From assembly GCA_030527645.1 (NCBI GenBank), contig JAUNAJ010000002.1, positions 21,145 through 85,144 on the forward strand: 64,000 nucleotides of DNA. The letters are read 5' to 3'. A program made the translations under genes and the position numbers. The DNA comes from Lachnospiraceae bacterium. Its GTDB lineage: Bacteria > Bacillota > Clostridia > Lachnospirales > Lachnospiraceae. Positions 45,764 through 55,714 of the stretch are shown one piece after another (within the stretch, counting starts at the first letter, position 1; the number at the start of each line of letters is the position of its first letter). Below the pieces are notes generated by a model, which saw only the letters and a program-made list of their open reading frames with translations, was not told the origin of the DNA and did not search any database.

Positions 45764-47257
45764 TCACTGTTCCTTTACTGCTGCCAGTGTAAAGATTGGC
45801 GTCGGATTATAGAAGATATCCTTTTTCAGGAATACTCTCTTTCCTACCTTCAGATCTACAGTAATCCTTTCGGCTCCGAGTTTCCCCAGTGTCTCCATAT
45901 CCCAGGCCGGTCTGGAGTGGAAGCTGATGGAAAGCTGCTGCTTGATCAGATCATTTTCCTCCAGCATGGCATGTCCCAGCATCTGATGAGAATGATCGTG
46001 AGGAAGCTGATCCATTCGCTCCGTTTTTTCCAATCCATAGTTGGCATCAAAATTCAGAAGAAGTCCGCCGGGCTTCAGCACCCGCAGCCACTCCTGATAG
46101 GCCTTAGCCGGATGGGGCAGCGTCCAGGTAAGATTCCTGGAGATCACCACATCAAATAATTTATCGCCGAAGGAAAGATTTTCTGCATCCATCACATGGA
46201 ACACACAGTTTTCCTTCTCCTCCTTTGCCAATCGCTCTGCACCGGCAACCATCTCCGGTGTCAGGTCGATGCCGGTGCAGATATGTCCTTCCTTCGAAAG
46301 AAGGATGGAAAAATATCCGCAGCCGCAGCCCACATCCAGAATATTCAGCGGTCTCTTCTCCGGCAGATAGGAAAGAATTTCCTGCAGCCAGCGCTTTGTA
46401 ATGGGATCCTGCAGCTCCTGGCGGCGCTGATCCAGAAAGGCCTCACTTCTCTTGCCCCAGTACCGAACCACCCGCTCCTTGATATCACTCTTCCGGGCTT
46501 TGATCATAAACATGGGGGTGGAGGCACAGCTGGTCTTCTCCTCCTCTGACCAGACCCGTTTCCAGATCTCCCGATCCGACTCTACGGTACCGAACCCGAT
46601 CTCTGTCAGGACGCGTTCATCCCAGTCGGGTCGAAGGAGCTCCGTCATAGGCATCTGCCTCGCCAGTTCCTCCATCTTTTCAAAGTTGTCACCCACATTG
46701 CAGTCGTAGGAGCCTGCCTCTTCCGTATTGATCCGATCCCGCTCATAGGCTTCTTTTGACTGCTCATCCACCAGATAGCGGTACCAGTTGGCATCAAAAT
46801 TCAGAAGAAGTCCGCCCTGATCCAGCAGCCGGAACCATTCACGATAGGCCCTTTTGGGATGCGGAAGGTTCCAGGTCACATTCCTGCTGACGATCACATC
46901 GAAGGACATGTCCTCAAAATTGATGGCCTCCACATCTCCCAGGATCCAGCGGACAGAGTCTGCATGCGCCCCAACGTTGGCAGCTGCCTCCTCAAGCATA
47001 GCCTCCGTGCAGTCAAGGGCAGTCACCCGGTACCCGCACTCGCAGAGAATGCCTGTGAAGAAGCCGGGGCCGGAGCCCGCATCCAGCACCCGGATCTCCC
47101 CGGGCTCCTTCCCGGGAAATGCAGACCGGATGGACTGATCCAGTGTTTCCTTCCAGCTGTGATAACGGGAATCCCTGAATTCCTCCTTGTTGTAGTCTGA
47201 GTATCCCTTTGCTCTTCCGCTCCAGTACTCATGGATCTCATAACTTAGTTTTTCCAT
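45764..47257 (-). CDS. tandem (duplicated) class I SAM-dependent methyltransferase
   Basis: 497 aa with two complete MTase halves. Motif I is VLDAGSGPGFF in the first half and ILDVGCGCGYF in the second. Each half is followed by ...DVI(V/I)SRN(V/L)TW(N/T)LPHP(K/A)(R/K)AY(R/Q)EW(F/L)R(L/V)L..GGLLLNFDAN. Confidence 0.8.
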   Translation of the reverse strand: MEKLSYEIHEYWSGRAKGYSDYNKEEFRDSRYHSWKETLDQSIRSAFPGKEPGEIRVLDAGSGPGFFTGILCECGYRVTALDCTEAMLEEAAANVGAHADSVRWILGDVEAINFEDMSFDVIVSRNVTWNLPHPKRAYREWFRLLDQGGLLLNFDANWYRYLVDEQSKEAYERDRINTEEAGSYDCNVGDNFEKMEELARQMPMTELLRPDWDERVLTEIGFGTVESDREIWKRVWSEEEKTSCASTPMFMIKARKSDIKERVVRYWGKRSEAFLDQRRQELQDPITKRWLQEILSYLPEKRPLNILDVGCGCGYFSILLSKEGHICTGIDLTPEMVAGAERLAKEEKENCVFHVMDAENLSFGDKLFDVVISRNLTWTLPHPAKAYQEWLRVLKPGGLLLNFDANYGLEKTERMDQLPHDHSHQMLGHAMLEENDLIKQQLSISFHSRPAWDMETLGKLGAERITVDLKVGKRVFLKKDIFYNPTPIFTLAAVKEQ

Positions 47258-47268
47258 TCTTCTTTCCT

Positions 47269-47832
47269 TTACTGTCTTTCGTAATATTTGATTCCGGCAT
47301 TCGGATAAAAATAAGTCCGGATATAGCCGTCATCAGAGAGAACCGCAAACTCGTTGGTATCCTCCACATAATATACCTCGTCGTTGTCCTCCTGCTCCTT
47401 TTTATGGAGCGCATCGGGATTGGTAATTACAGCAGATGCTGCAGCCTCATACTCCTCCGCAGAGGCAAATCCCATCTCGATCCCGTGTTTTTCATAATGC
47501 TGTACCAGAAGCTTCGCATTCCGGAAGTAATACTGCTGCGCAGCTGTTTCTGCTTCTGCCTCAGAGGTTTCAGGCCCCGCCGAATCAGTCGTCTCAATAT
47601 CCGTATCATTTTCCGCCTCTTTCGTCGAATCCGTCTCACCAATTGAAACCGACGCATCGTTTGCTTCGGCAATCCCGGCATCAGAAGGCTCTGACACCGC
47701 AGAATATCCAGGAGCGGCTCCGCCGGTATTCTCCAGCTCCCCCTGACAGCCTGTGAACAGGCTCATACCCAGTACCAGAATCAGCAGAAGTGCCGGAAGG
47801 CTTGCCGTATGTTTTCTTTTTCTGTTCATCAC
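47269..47832 (-). CDS. lipoprotein, function unknown
   Basis: 187 aa. Signal peptide with lipobox (LFTGC), an acidic low-complexity linker and a compact ~90-aa C-terminal domain. Confidence 0.5.
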   Translation of the reverse strand: MMNRKRKHTASLPALLLILVLGMSLFTGCQGELENTGGAAPGYSAVSEPSDAGIAEANDASVSIGETDSTKEAENDTDIETTDSAGPETSEAEAETAAQQYYFRNAKLLVQHYEKHGIEMGFASAEEYEAAASAVITNPDALHKKEQEDNDEVYYVEDTNEFAVLSDDGYIRTYFYPNAGIKYYERQ

Positions 47833-47953
47833 ATCGTATCCTCCACTTTAATCCCGCAGAATTCCCGACCTGTCCGGGCTGATTCAAGCCGAGCTCGTAA
47901 GGTGGAATTCCGCCTATCCCATCATACCCCAGAACAGAACGATGGGCAACTGA

Positions 47954-48008
47954 AACAGGGGGACGGTCCCTCCGTATCGATGTAGAACGGAGGGACCGTC
48001 CCCCTGTT
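47954..48008. repeat. 22-bp perfect GC-rich inverted repeat
   Basis: AACAGGGGGACGGTCCCTCCGT (47954-47975) pairs perfectly with ACGGAGGGACCGTCCCCCTGTT (47987-48008), with an 11-nt loop. It lies 4 nt after the AraC-family gene stop. No T-run follows on the minus strand. Confidence 0.7.
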
Positions 48009-48012
48009 CCAC

Positions 48013-49011
48013 TTATTCCGCTCTCACTCTGTTCCGATACTCCCGGGGCAGTTCTCCTGTAAACTGCTTGAAGGCAGCCGTAAATTTACTCTGGTTCTCA
48101 TACCCCACCAGCGCGGCTGTCTCCGATATACTGAACTTCTGCTTCGCCAGTAGATCCATGGCTTTCCGCATTCGGAATTCCTTCATATAGGTTGCAATTG
48201 GCTGACCGTACACCGCCCGGAACAACTCCTTCAAGGTAGTAGTATTCATGTGATACGTCTGAGATAATTCTTCAATTGTCGGACGAATCGTCAGATCACT
48301 GGTCAGGTATTCGTGAATCTGGCTGATCCGCTCCGTCTTACTGGTCTGATAACCGGAGGTCAGTTCCTCTCCTCCGGGCCTTCTCAGAGACAGATACAGA
48401 AGCAGCTCCAGTGTTTTGATACGATAGTAAGGCAGCCTGAGCTGCTCCGGCATATCGTAAAAATCCTTGAATATATGCTCAATATCGTGCTCCGGCGGCA
48501 GAAGCACCGGCCTTCCGTGGGGACACAGTGCCGCCATCATGCTTTCCTGATCCAGGCCGGCTCCCTTCAGGATCTCCGGCGGTTTCCGGTTCAGATGTTC
48601 CAGATTGATCTGAATATTGATTCCTTCATAGTACCCAAGCGGCAGAGTCATCTCCGAATCCACTGCCTGATCCAGCGTCTGAATAAATACATCTCCCTCT
48701 CCCAGGAACAGAGAATGTGCATCCGCCAGATTCAGACCGCAGCGACCGCTCCTGCAGTGATGGATCTCCACCACCCCGGGGACGGAATCATGGCGCAGAA
48801 CCACCCGATTCGCATGGTATTGCTGCAGCGACAGCTCAATGCCGGGAAACAGCTCCGTGCTCACCACCAGCCCCTTACCGTCTGTACCCATCCGCATCTT
48901 GTCTGCATGGGGCGGATGACTTTCCTGATTCAGATGTACATGCCTTACACGGATCCTCTTATCCGGCACATCTGCCAGAATCTCCTCCAGTCTTTTCCTT
49001 GCTTCTTCCAT
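48013..49011 (-). CDS. AraC-family transcriptional regulator
   Basis: 332 aa. Cupin-like N-terminal domain and a C-terminal double HTH (ISETAALVGYENQSKFTAAFKQFTGELPREYR). Confidence 0.85.
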   Translation of the reverse strand: MEEARKRLEEILADVPDKRIRVRHVHLNQESHPPHADKMRMGTDGKGLVVSTELFPGIELSLQQYHANRVVLRHDSVPGVVEIHHCRSGRCGLNLADAHSLFLGEGDVFIQTLDQAVDSEMTLPLGYYEGINIQINLEHLNRKPPEILKGAGLDQESMMAALCPHGRPVLLPPEHDIEHIFKDFYDMPEQLRLPYYRIKTLELLLYLSLRRPGGEELTSGYQTSKTERISQIHEYLTSDLTIRPTIEELSQTYHMNTTTLKELFRAVYGQPIATYMKEFRMRKAMDLLAKQKFSISETAALVGYENQSKFTAAFKQFTGELPREYRNRVRAE

Positions 49012-49273
49012 AGAAACCTCCCGCCCGGTTACAGTTTACTCCAAAAAGGAATCCCCCCTTCCCGGGTCCGAACTTTTCATTGCTATCAGTGTAACATATT
49101 CCATGCGTTTTCAGAACAAAAAGGCAAAAAATAATCCAATCGGAAAACATTATTCCAATTGGAAGTGTTTTGATCGATTCAATTGACGCATCCGTCTGTA
49201 AAGGATATATTGGTATCAACAAAAAACGCAGCTACAAAATATTTCATACAAAAATTTTAAAGGAGATTCCATC

Positions 49274-49492
49274 ATGAAAAAAACTTACAAGATTGACGTT
49301 GATTGTGCAAACTGTGCAAACCTGATGCAGGAGGCTGCTAACAAGACAGCCGGCGTTGCTGAGGCAGTTGTAAACTTCATGACCCTGAAGATGATCGTAA
49401 ACTTTGAGGAAGGTGCAGATCCTAAGACCGTTATGCCGGAAGTGCTGAAAGCATGCAAGAAGGTAGAGCCTGACTGCGAGATCTTCCTGTAA
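49274..49492 (+). CDS. stand-alone heavy-metal-associated (HMA) domain protein, CadA-N-terminal type (CANC motif)
   Basis: 72 aa. YKIDVDCANCANLMQEA...VNFMTLKMIV fits the HMA ferredoxin-like fold, with a CxxC of the CANC type seen in Cd/Zn P-type ATPase N-termini. GGAG RBS and a strong terminator. Confidence 0.75.
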   Translation: MKKTYKIDVDCANCANLMQEAANKTAGVAEAVVNFMTLKMIVNFEEGADPKTVMPEVLKACKKVEPDCEIFL

Positions 49493-49531
49493 TTATTCAA
49501 TCCGAAGAATAAACGAATACTACTATTCAGC

Positions 49532-49562
49532 AAAAAAGAACGTCCAATGGACGTTCTTTTTT
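49532..49562. terminator. bidirectional rho-independent terminator after the HMA gene
   Basis: AAAAAAGAACGTCC-AAT-GGACGTTCTTTTTT. Confidence 0.85.
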
Positions 49563-49602
49563 GCATGTATGGAAGATGCTTTTTCTAATTCCCGCAACCG
49601 AA

Positions 49603-49812
49603 AATATACAAAAAGGGACCCGATTCAAAATGCGCATTCTTTGAATCGGGTCCTCAATGATAATTCAGTAATTTCATTGTCTACACCTTCGCTTTCATGG
49701 ATTATTAGGATTCATATTAATATTTTGGCGGTCCGTACCTCCTTCTCTGAAAACTCCTGTTAAAAGTTAGATTCTCATTGGAATATTCCTCTCTTTTGAA
49801 GTTCTATTTGAT
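49603..49812 (-). ncRNA. candidate ~200-nt small RNA (promoter-to-terminator unit without an ORF)
   Basis: Minus strand reads TTGACA (49847-49842), a 17-nt spacer, then TACTAT (49824-19). After ~190 nt comes the terminator GGACCCGATTCAAA / TTTGAATCGGGTCC plus CTTTTTGTATATTTT (49601-49653). Only 3-7-codon ORFs lie inside. Confidence 0.35.
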
Positions 49813-50010
49813 GGTCTAATAGTACTATATATTTCTCCGCCTGTCAATAATTATTTTAATATTTATTAACTATATTTAAATATTCAGAATATTCTATCTT
49901 CTCACCCTGTTTCTGCAGCACAATACTTGTGGTTCTCCCATCCGTCCTTCCTTCCATTTCATATCAGGCACAGGAACATCCGCCGGACATTCCCTTTGCT
50001 TGCATGGAAG

Positions 50011-50043
50011 CAAAAGAAACCCGCCGGAATACACTCCGGCGGG
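50011..50043 (-). terminator. rho-independent terminator after aconitase
   Basis: CCCGCCGGA / TCCGGCGGG stem followed by TTTCTTTTGC on the minus strand. A second hairpin (CTTTGCTT/AAGCAAAG) lies just beyond. Confidence 0.75.
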
Positions 50044-50073
50044 CTCAGCTTTATCTTATTCTTTTCTCTGTGA

Positions 50074-52362
50074 TCAGCCTTTATAGTAATTGATCAGACA
50101 GCCCTTCAGGATGATCTCTCTTTCATCGTCAGTGAGATCTCCCAGGCGAAGGTCGAACTCCTTCAGTTCGCCGTTCTTAACAACATATGCATGGATCACC
50201 TCCGCTTTATCCTCAACGGCTTTTCGCACGCCCGGAACAAACAGGTAGTCTCCGTTGGCAAAGGGAAGCTCTCCCTCCCGGATCAGGAACGGAAGCATGC
50301 CCCAGTTGATCAGGTTGGAGCGATATCTCTTGGTCGCATACTCATTGGCAATATTCGCCCAGCCTCCCAATACCTTCTGGCAGGAAGCTGCCTGCTCACG
50401 GGCAGAACCATCTCCCGGTTTCACAGCAAAAATGGTGGATCCCACTCCGATATTGCCGCGTCCAACCTCCGGATAGGTCTTCTGAATGGTCTCCATGACC
50501 GGTTTCATCTCCGGAAGTGCCTCTAACGGGCAGGTATCTGCTTCGATGGCTTTCTGCGCTTTCTGCACCTCTTTTGCACGTCCCACATAAGCAGGATCCT
50601 TTCTGGACAGGGTAAACTCTGCCAGACCCAGCGGATTAGAGCGGAAGGAGGAGGTCTCTCCGGATGGGATCAGCTCATCCGTTGTGGTAACCGGATCATG
50701 GATCTCGGAAACAACCTTCAGGATCATATTTTCAGGAAGTGCAGACATAGCCGGCCAGTCCTTGATATTTGGGCCGAACTGGATCTCAACAGATGGATCC
50801 GCTGCTCCCTTACTGTCAAATACGCGATTTGCGTAGATGCTGGAATCAAAGTAATAGTTCGGATGACGATACTCTCCCGCAAACTCTGTTGCCGGAGTCA
50901 GGAAGCCCTTGTTTGCAGCGGTAGCGGCAATGGAGCGGGCATCCATAAGAGCAACGGAGGAAATCTGACCGTTCTGGATCTTGGATCCCTCTCTGTTCGG
51001 GAAGTTTCTTGTAGAATGACGGATAGACAGTGCGTTGTTGGCCGGTGTATCGCCTGCTCCGAAGCAGGGACCGCAGAAGGCCGTCTTCACAATGGCACCG
51101 GTTGCCAGAAGATCTGCCAGAACGCCGTTCTTCGCCATCTCCATATAGATCGGAGTAGATGCGGGATATACACTTAAGGTAAATGCATCCGATCCGATAT
51201 TCTGTCCTCTTAAGATATCTGCTGCATCACAGATATTTTCAAAGCCGCCGCCTGCACAGCCTGCGATAATTCCCTGATCCACCAGAAGCTTTCCGTCTAC
51301 CACTTTATCCTTCAGAGTGTACGGAATCTTTCCATCCAGAGAAACAGCAGCACGTTTCTCCACATCCTCCAGCACATCCATAAGATTGGCATTTACCTCA
51401 TCGATGGTGTAGGTATTGCTCGGATGGAAGGGCATGGCGATCATCGGACGGATCTTATCCAGTTCGATGGTGATCATGCCGTCATAGTAGGTAACTGCTC
51501 CCGGATTCAGCTCTTTGTAATCCTCGCTTCTTCCGTGGATGTCATAGAACTCCTTGATCTTCTCATCGGTTTTCCAGATAGAAGACAGGCAGGTGGTCTC
51601 TGTGGTCATAACATCCACTCCGATTCGGAAATCAGCACTTAAGTTAGCCACACCGGGGCCTACAAACTCCATGACTTTATTCTTCACATAGCCGTTGGCA
51701 AATACAGCACCGATGATCGCCAGAGCCACGTCCTGGGGACCTACGCCCGGAATCGGCTTTCCTGTCATATAGATACCCACCACTCCCGGCATTGGGATAT
51801 CATAGGTTTTATTCAGCAGCTGCTTAACCAGCTCCGGTCCTCCCTCGCCCATAGCCATGGTACCCAGGGCACCGTAACGGGTATGGGAATCGGATCCAAG
51901 GATCATCTTGCCGCCGCCTGCCAGCATCTCACGGGCAAACTGATGGATAACTGCCTGGTGAGGCGGTACGTAAACACCGCCGTACTTCTTTGCACAGGTC
52001 AGACCAAACATGTGGTCATCCTCATTGATGGTTCCGCCTACTGCGCAGAGTGAATTATGGCAGTTGGTCAGTACGTAGGGAACCGGGAATTTCTCCAGTC
52101 CGGAAGCCCGGGCTGTCTGAATGATTCCTACGAACGTAATATCATGGGAAGTCAGCTTATCGAATTTGATCTGCAGATCCTTCATATTGCCGGATGTGTT
52201 GTGAGAAGCAAGAATACCATAGGCAATGGTATTCTTCTTCGCCTCTTCCATATCAGGTGCTGCACCTGTTTTTGCCTGAATCTTTGCAGCTGCTTCTGCA
52301 TCAGCCGGAATCACTTCTGTTCCGTTCAGCAGATAGGCGCCGCCCTCTAATAACTGAATCAT
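50074..52362 (-). CDS. aconitate hydratase (aconitase-family Fe-S hydro-lyase)
   Basis: The start is set at [12 protein letters not shown] (AGGAGGA RBS); the track ORF has 32 extra codons. 762 aa. Aconitase cluster-ligand regions ([14 protein letters not shown]) and a swivel domain. I infer aconitate specificity from the family rather than observing it. Confidence 0.75.
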   Translation of the reverse strand: MIQLLEGGAYLLNGTEVIPADAEAAAKIQAKTGAAPDMEEAKKNTIAYGILASHNTSGNMKDLQIKFDKLTSHDITFVGIIQTARASGLEKFPVPYVLTNCHNSLCAVGGTINEDDHMFGLTCAKKYGGVYVPPHQAVIHQFAREMLAGGGKMILGSDSHTRYGALGTMAMGEGGPELVKQLLNKTYDIPMPGVVGIYMTGKPIPGVGPQDVALAIIGAVFANGYVKNKVMEFVGPGVANLSADFRIGVDVMTTETTCLSSIWKTDEKIKEFYDIHGRSEDYKELNPGAVTYYDGMITIELDKIRPMIAMPFHPSNTYTIDEVNANLMDVLEDVEKRAAVSLDGKIPYTLKDKVVDGKLLVDQGIIAGCAGGGFENICDAADILRGQNIGSDAFTLSVYPASTPIYMEMAKNGVLADLLATGAIVKTAFCGPCFGAGDTPANNALSIRHSTRNFPNREGSKIQNGQISSVALMDARSIAATAANKGFLTPATEFAGEYRHPNYYFDSSIYANRVFDSKGAADPSVEIQFGPNIKDWPAMSALPENMILKVVSEIHDPVTTTDELIPSGETSSFRSNPLGLAEFTLSRKDPAYVGRAKEVQKAQKAIEADTCPLEALPEMKPVMETIQKTYPEVGRGNIGVGSTIFAVKPGDGSAREQAASCQKVLGGWANIANEYATKRYRSNLINWGMLPFLIREGELPFANGDYLFVPGVRKAVEDKAEVIHAYVVKNGELKEFDLRLGDLTDDEREIILKGCLINYYKG

Positions 52363-52776
52363 AGTTTTCCTCCTATTCAGGACTCGTTCACGAGTCTTTT
52401 CCACTGAGATCAGTGACTGCTTTGCTTCCGTCACGAGAAGGGCAGTACTTTTACACACTGCTATTACACAGTGCCATCATATCCGTAATAATATATGATT
52501 TTTCTTTATTGTGCAAGAGAGTGGGGAGATTTATCTGGCGGAAGGGGGAATGCAATACTCTTTTGCCCTGTTTTGCTTATTAGCTTATCAAAAAGATACT
52601 GAACGTTCCGTCCTGAAAATACCCTTTCTCTCTTCACAGATGCAGTCGCACTGTGCTATGATTACCAGAAAGTACATTTGCCATGAACGATTCACCTGCA
52701 TGTATGCTTCGCAATATCATACAGGAACATCAATGCTGTTCCGGCACAACCCGAATCGACTACGGAGGAATACAAT

Positions 52777-53043
52777 ATGCTGCGCTTATGGGGACGAATG
52801 TTTCGTGATAACCGCCTTTTAAAGGATATCACCATTGACAATACAGAGGATGACACCAGAACACACCGGATCTTCCATGCTCTGGATGAGATCTGCTATG
52901 CCTGGGATCTGGAGAAGCCTATCTGGCTGGAAAAGAATATCCGGGAATTCAAGCGAATGAATAAGACCCGGTTCTACAGAGACAGCTTTATTGAAGAAAT
53001 TGATTTCGATTTTCTGGAAATTTCCATATTGGAAGAAGACTGA
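52777..53043 (+). CDS. small conserved-looking hypothetical protein
   Basis: 88 aa. GGAGGAA RBS 7 nt upstream, balanced composition, followed by a hairpin (AAACCCCCTGAT...ATCGGGGGATTT). I recognise no family. Confidence 0.5.
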   Translation: MLRLWGRMFRDNRLLKDITIDNTEDDTRTHRIFHALDEICYAWDLEKPIWLEKNIREFKRMNKTRFYRDSFIEEIDFDFLEISILEED

Positions 53044-53174
53044 AAAACCCCCTGATAAACAGCAGCCAACCGGACTGCGGTTCATCGGGGGATTTTTACT
53101 TCAAACAGAAATGGGGCTGCTTCTGCCGGCGGAAGACCGGATTCAAGACTCGCAGAGCATGTTATCTCATGGTA

Positions 53175-54383
53175 TTACATTGCCATTCTGAAAATGTTGA
53201 TGATATCTTCCGTATACAGACGTTTGAATCCACCGACACTGCCGTCCGGATGCATAACACGGACACGTTTTGCCATCTTCTCCATTACTGCTTCATCCAG
53301 ATTCTCTACGCCGGGAAGCTCTGAAAGCCGTGTCGGCATTCCCATCTCCTTATAGAAGGTTTCCAGTCGATCGATCGCCTCGAGGATGGTTCTCTCCGGC
53401 TTCTCATAATCCATGGACACACCCATGACACGGGTGGCCCACTTCAGGAACAGGGTTTGATTTTCTTTGTATACGTAACGCATCCATGCCGGAGTCAGCA
53501 CCGCAAGTCCGGCACCATGGGTAACTGAGAAATACTCACCGGACAGCTCGTGTTCAATATAATGGCTTGCCCAGTCACCGGTTCTACCCATACCGGTCAG
53601 TCCGTTATGAGAGAGGGAGGACGCCACCATAATGTTCGCTCTTGCCTCATAATTGTTCGGATCATCCCGCAGGATTCTTCCGCATTCCATACAGGTGTGG
53701 AAAATCGCTTCGCAGAGATAATCGGTCAGAACCATATTTTCCTTCTCCGGGGTAAAATAGCGCTCCATGGAATGAGACATAATATCCACCACTCCGCATG
53801 CTGTCTGGAAAGGCGGCAGTGACATCGTTAATTCCGGATCTTCGATTGCAAATCTTGCACGGTTCACATCATTGTCACAGAAGCGTTTCAGGTTCTCATC
53901 AGCCTTTGTGATCACGCAGCTGTTGGAGCACTCACTTCCCGTTGCTGCAATTGTAAGAATGACACCAAAGGGAGTACTCTTTGCGGGTACATTCAACGGC
54001 TCTCCATCCTTTTCAATAAAGAAATCCCACACATTTCCTTCGTACTGCAGACCCATGGCAATTGCCTTGGTAGAATCAATGACACTTCCTCCTCCGATTG
54101 CCAGGAGAAAATCCACCTCTTCCTTTTTGCAGAGTGCAATTCCTTCCTGCACCAGCTCCAGATGAGGATTTGGAACAACGCCTCCCAGTTCTACTACAGA
54201 CAGTCCGTCCGCCTTCAGCTGTTCAATGACTCTGTCAATGAAACCATTCTGCTTCATGAATCCGCTGTCATGATGAACCAGAACTTTGCTTCCTCCATAC
54301 TCCTTAATCCATGTTCCTGCCTGGTTTTCTGCCTGTCTTCCTACGATCAGCCTCGTGGGACTTAAATATGTAAAATCATTCAT
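53175..54383 (-). CDS. iron-containing (type III) alcohol dehydrogenase
   Basis: 402 aa. GGGSVIDSTKAIA NAD(P)-binding motif and metal-ligand histidines (DIMSHSMERYF, SHYIEHELSG...HGAGLA). YqhD / butanol-DH / methanol-DH superfamily. Confidence 0.85.
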   Translation of the reverse strand: MNDFTYLSPTRLIVGRQAENQAGTWIKEYGGSKVLVHHDSGFMKQNGFIDRVIEQLKADGLSVVELGGVVPNPHLELVQEGIALCKKEEVDFLLAIGGGSVIDSTKAIAMGLQYEGNVWDFFIEKDGEPLNVPAKSTPFGVILTIAATGSECSNSCVITKADENLKRFCDNDVNRARFAIEDPELTMSLPPFQTACGVVDIMSHSMERYFTPEKENMVLTDYLCEAIFHTCMECGRILRDDPNNYEARANIMVASSLSHNGLTGMGRTGDWASHYIEHELSGEYFSVTHGAGLAVLTPAWMRYVYKENQTLFLKWATRVMGVSMDYEKPERTILEAIDRLETFYKEMGMPTRLSELPGVENLDEAVMEKMAKRVRVMHPDGSVGGFKRLYTEDIINIFRMAM

Positions 54384-54398
54384 GTTCTATGCCTTTCC

Positions 54399-54965
54399 CT
54401 ACTCCAGATTCGAATGTCTTCTGTCCATCTGCTCCTGTTTCTGTCCCGCAGCCTTGATCAGATCAACGGCCATGCCGTCATAGATCAGCCAGCAGAGCTG
54501 CTCGAAGGAATTTCCGTTTGGCTGAATAGAAGGTGCCTTCACTGCGGACTGGGTATGCGAGCGACTGGAATTACCTGGGATCAGAATTACCGTATCCGCC
54601 AGCTTAGCAATATCGCCCTCTTCATTCGTTGTCAGAATAACAACTTCTGCCTCTTCACGCTTTGCTGTCTGTGCCTGCATCAGCATACTTTTCGTTGTTG
54701 CAGATCCGGATCCGATCATGAGCACATCACCCTTTCGAATCGCAGGAGTGGTAGGTTCCCCTACAAAATGTACATCAAAACCGATGTGCATCAGGCGGTT
54801 TGCAAAGGCTCTGGCAACGAATCCGGAACGGCCTGCACCGCTGACAAATACTCGTTTTGCCTGAAGAATTTTCTGCTCTGCTTCTTCAATTGCTGTATTA
54901 TCAATATTCTGTGCATCCTGTGTCAGTTCCTCCAGGATTGCAAGAAGATTACTGGCTTTTTCCAT
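54399..54965 (-). CDS. hxlB: 6-phospho-3-hexuloisomerase (SIS domain)
   Basis: 188 aa. It is close to B. subtilis HxlB as I recall it: GAGRSGFVARAFANRLMHIGFDVHFVGEPTTP, GSGSATTKS, IQPNGNSFEQ and a C-terminal HSNLE. Confidence 0.85.
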   Translation of the reverse strand: MEKASNLLAILEELTQDAQNIDNTAIEEAEQKILQAKRVFVSGAGRSGFVARAFANRLMHIGFDVHFVGEPTTPAIRKGDVLMIGSGSATTKSMLMQAQTAKREEAEVVILTTNEEGDIAKLADTVILIPGNSSRSHTQSAVKAPSIQPNGNSFEQLCWLIYDGMAVDLIKAAGQKQEQMDRRHSNLE

Positions 54966-54966
54966 A

Positions 54967-55599
54967 TTATGCTTCCTCCATTGCCTGTTTGATCAGTCTT
55001 GCTTCTTCTGCCGGATCCTCTGCCTTTTTGATACCGCCGCCCACAATAATGATGTCCGGATGGAATTTCGTATATTCGCGGATCGTCTTGCTGCTGATGC
55101 CGCCTGCAACTGCAACCTGTACGTTTTTAACATTTTCCGTCATGATCTTCAGATCATCCAGAGGGGTTCTTCCTGCTGCCTGCTGATCTGCACCGGTGTG
55201 TACTGCAAGTACATCCGCGCCAAGATCCTCACACTCCTTGACCCGCTTTGCATAATCCTTTACGCAGATCATATCCACTACACATTTTTTATTGTAGTCA
55301 TGGGCAGCCTTTACACAGCTCTTGATGGTCAGATCATCTGTTACTGCAAGAACTGTACAGTACTCAGCACCTGCCTGGTATGCCATCTCAGACTCCAGAT
55401 AGCCTCCGTCCATGATCTTCTCATCAGACAGGATCTCCTTATCAGGGAATCTTTCAGCAAAGGTACGAACGGCCTCCATTCCGTAATGAATGACAAACGG
55501 TGTTCCCATCTCAATAATGTCAATAGAATCTCTTACCTTCTCTGCCATTTCCAGTGCTTCTTCCAGTGTATATTCGTCTAATGCAAGCTGTAATTTCAT
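54967..55599 (-). CDS. hxlA: 3-hexulose-6-phosphate synthase (OMP-decarboxylase-fold HPS/KGPDC family)
   Basis: 210 aa. KLQLALDEYTLEEAL, IIEMGTP, DEKIMDGG, VHTGADQQAAGRTPLDDL and AVAGGIS...IIVGGGI follow B. subtilis HxlA as I recall it. Its stop lies 1 nt before the hxlB start. Confidence 0.8.
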   Translation of the reverse strand: MKLQLALDEYTLEEALEMAEKVRDSIDIIEMGTPFVIHYGMEAVRTFAERFPDKEILSDEKIMDGGYLESEMAYQAGAEYCTVLAVTDDLTIKSCVKAAHDYNKKCVVDMICVKDYAKRVKECEDLGADVLAVHTGADQQAAGRTPLDDLKIMTENVKNVQVAVAGGISSKTIREYTKFHPDIIIVGGGIKKAEDPAEEARLIKQAMEEA

Positions 55600-55714
55600 G
55601 GTATATTCTCCTTATCTTTCAATCTGTTCTATTAAACTTTCTATTGGTTCTTTTACAATATGGATAAATAAATAGTTTTCCTCAGCGATTCTCCGCTTTG
55701 TTTTTCGATTCTGA

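Noticed and set aside
52511-52822. 103-aa ORF upstream of and overlapping the 88-aa gene.
   Set aside because: It has no SD and a Cys/Tyr/Phe-rich composition. It overlaps the start of the better-supported 52777-53043 ORF, which has a GGAGGAA RBS.
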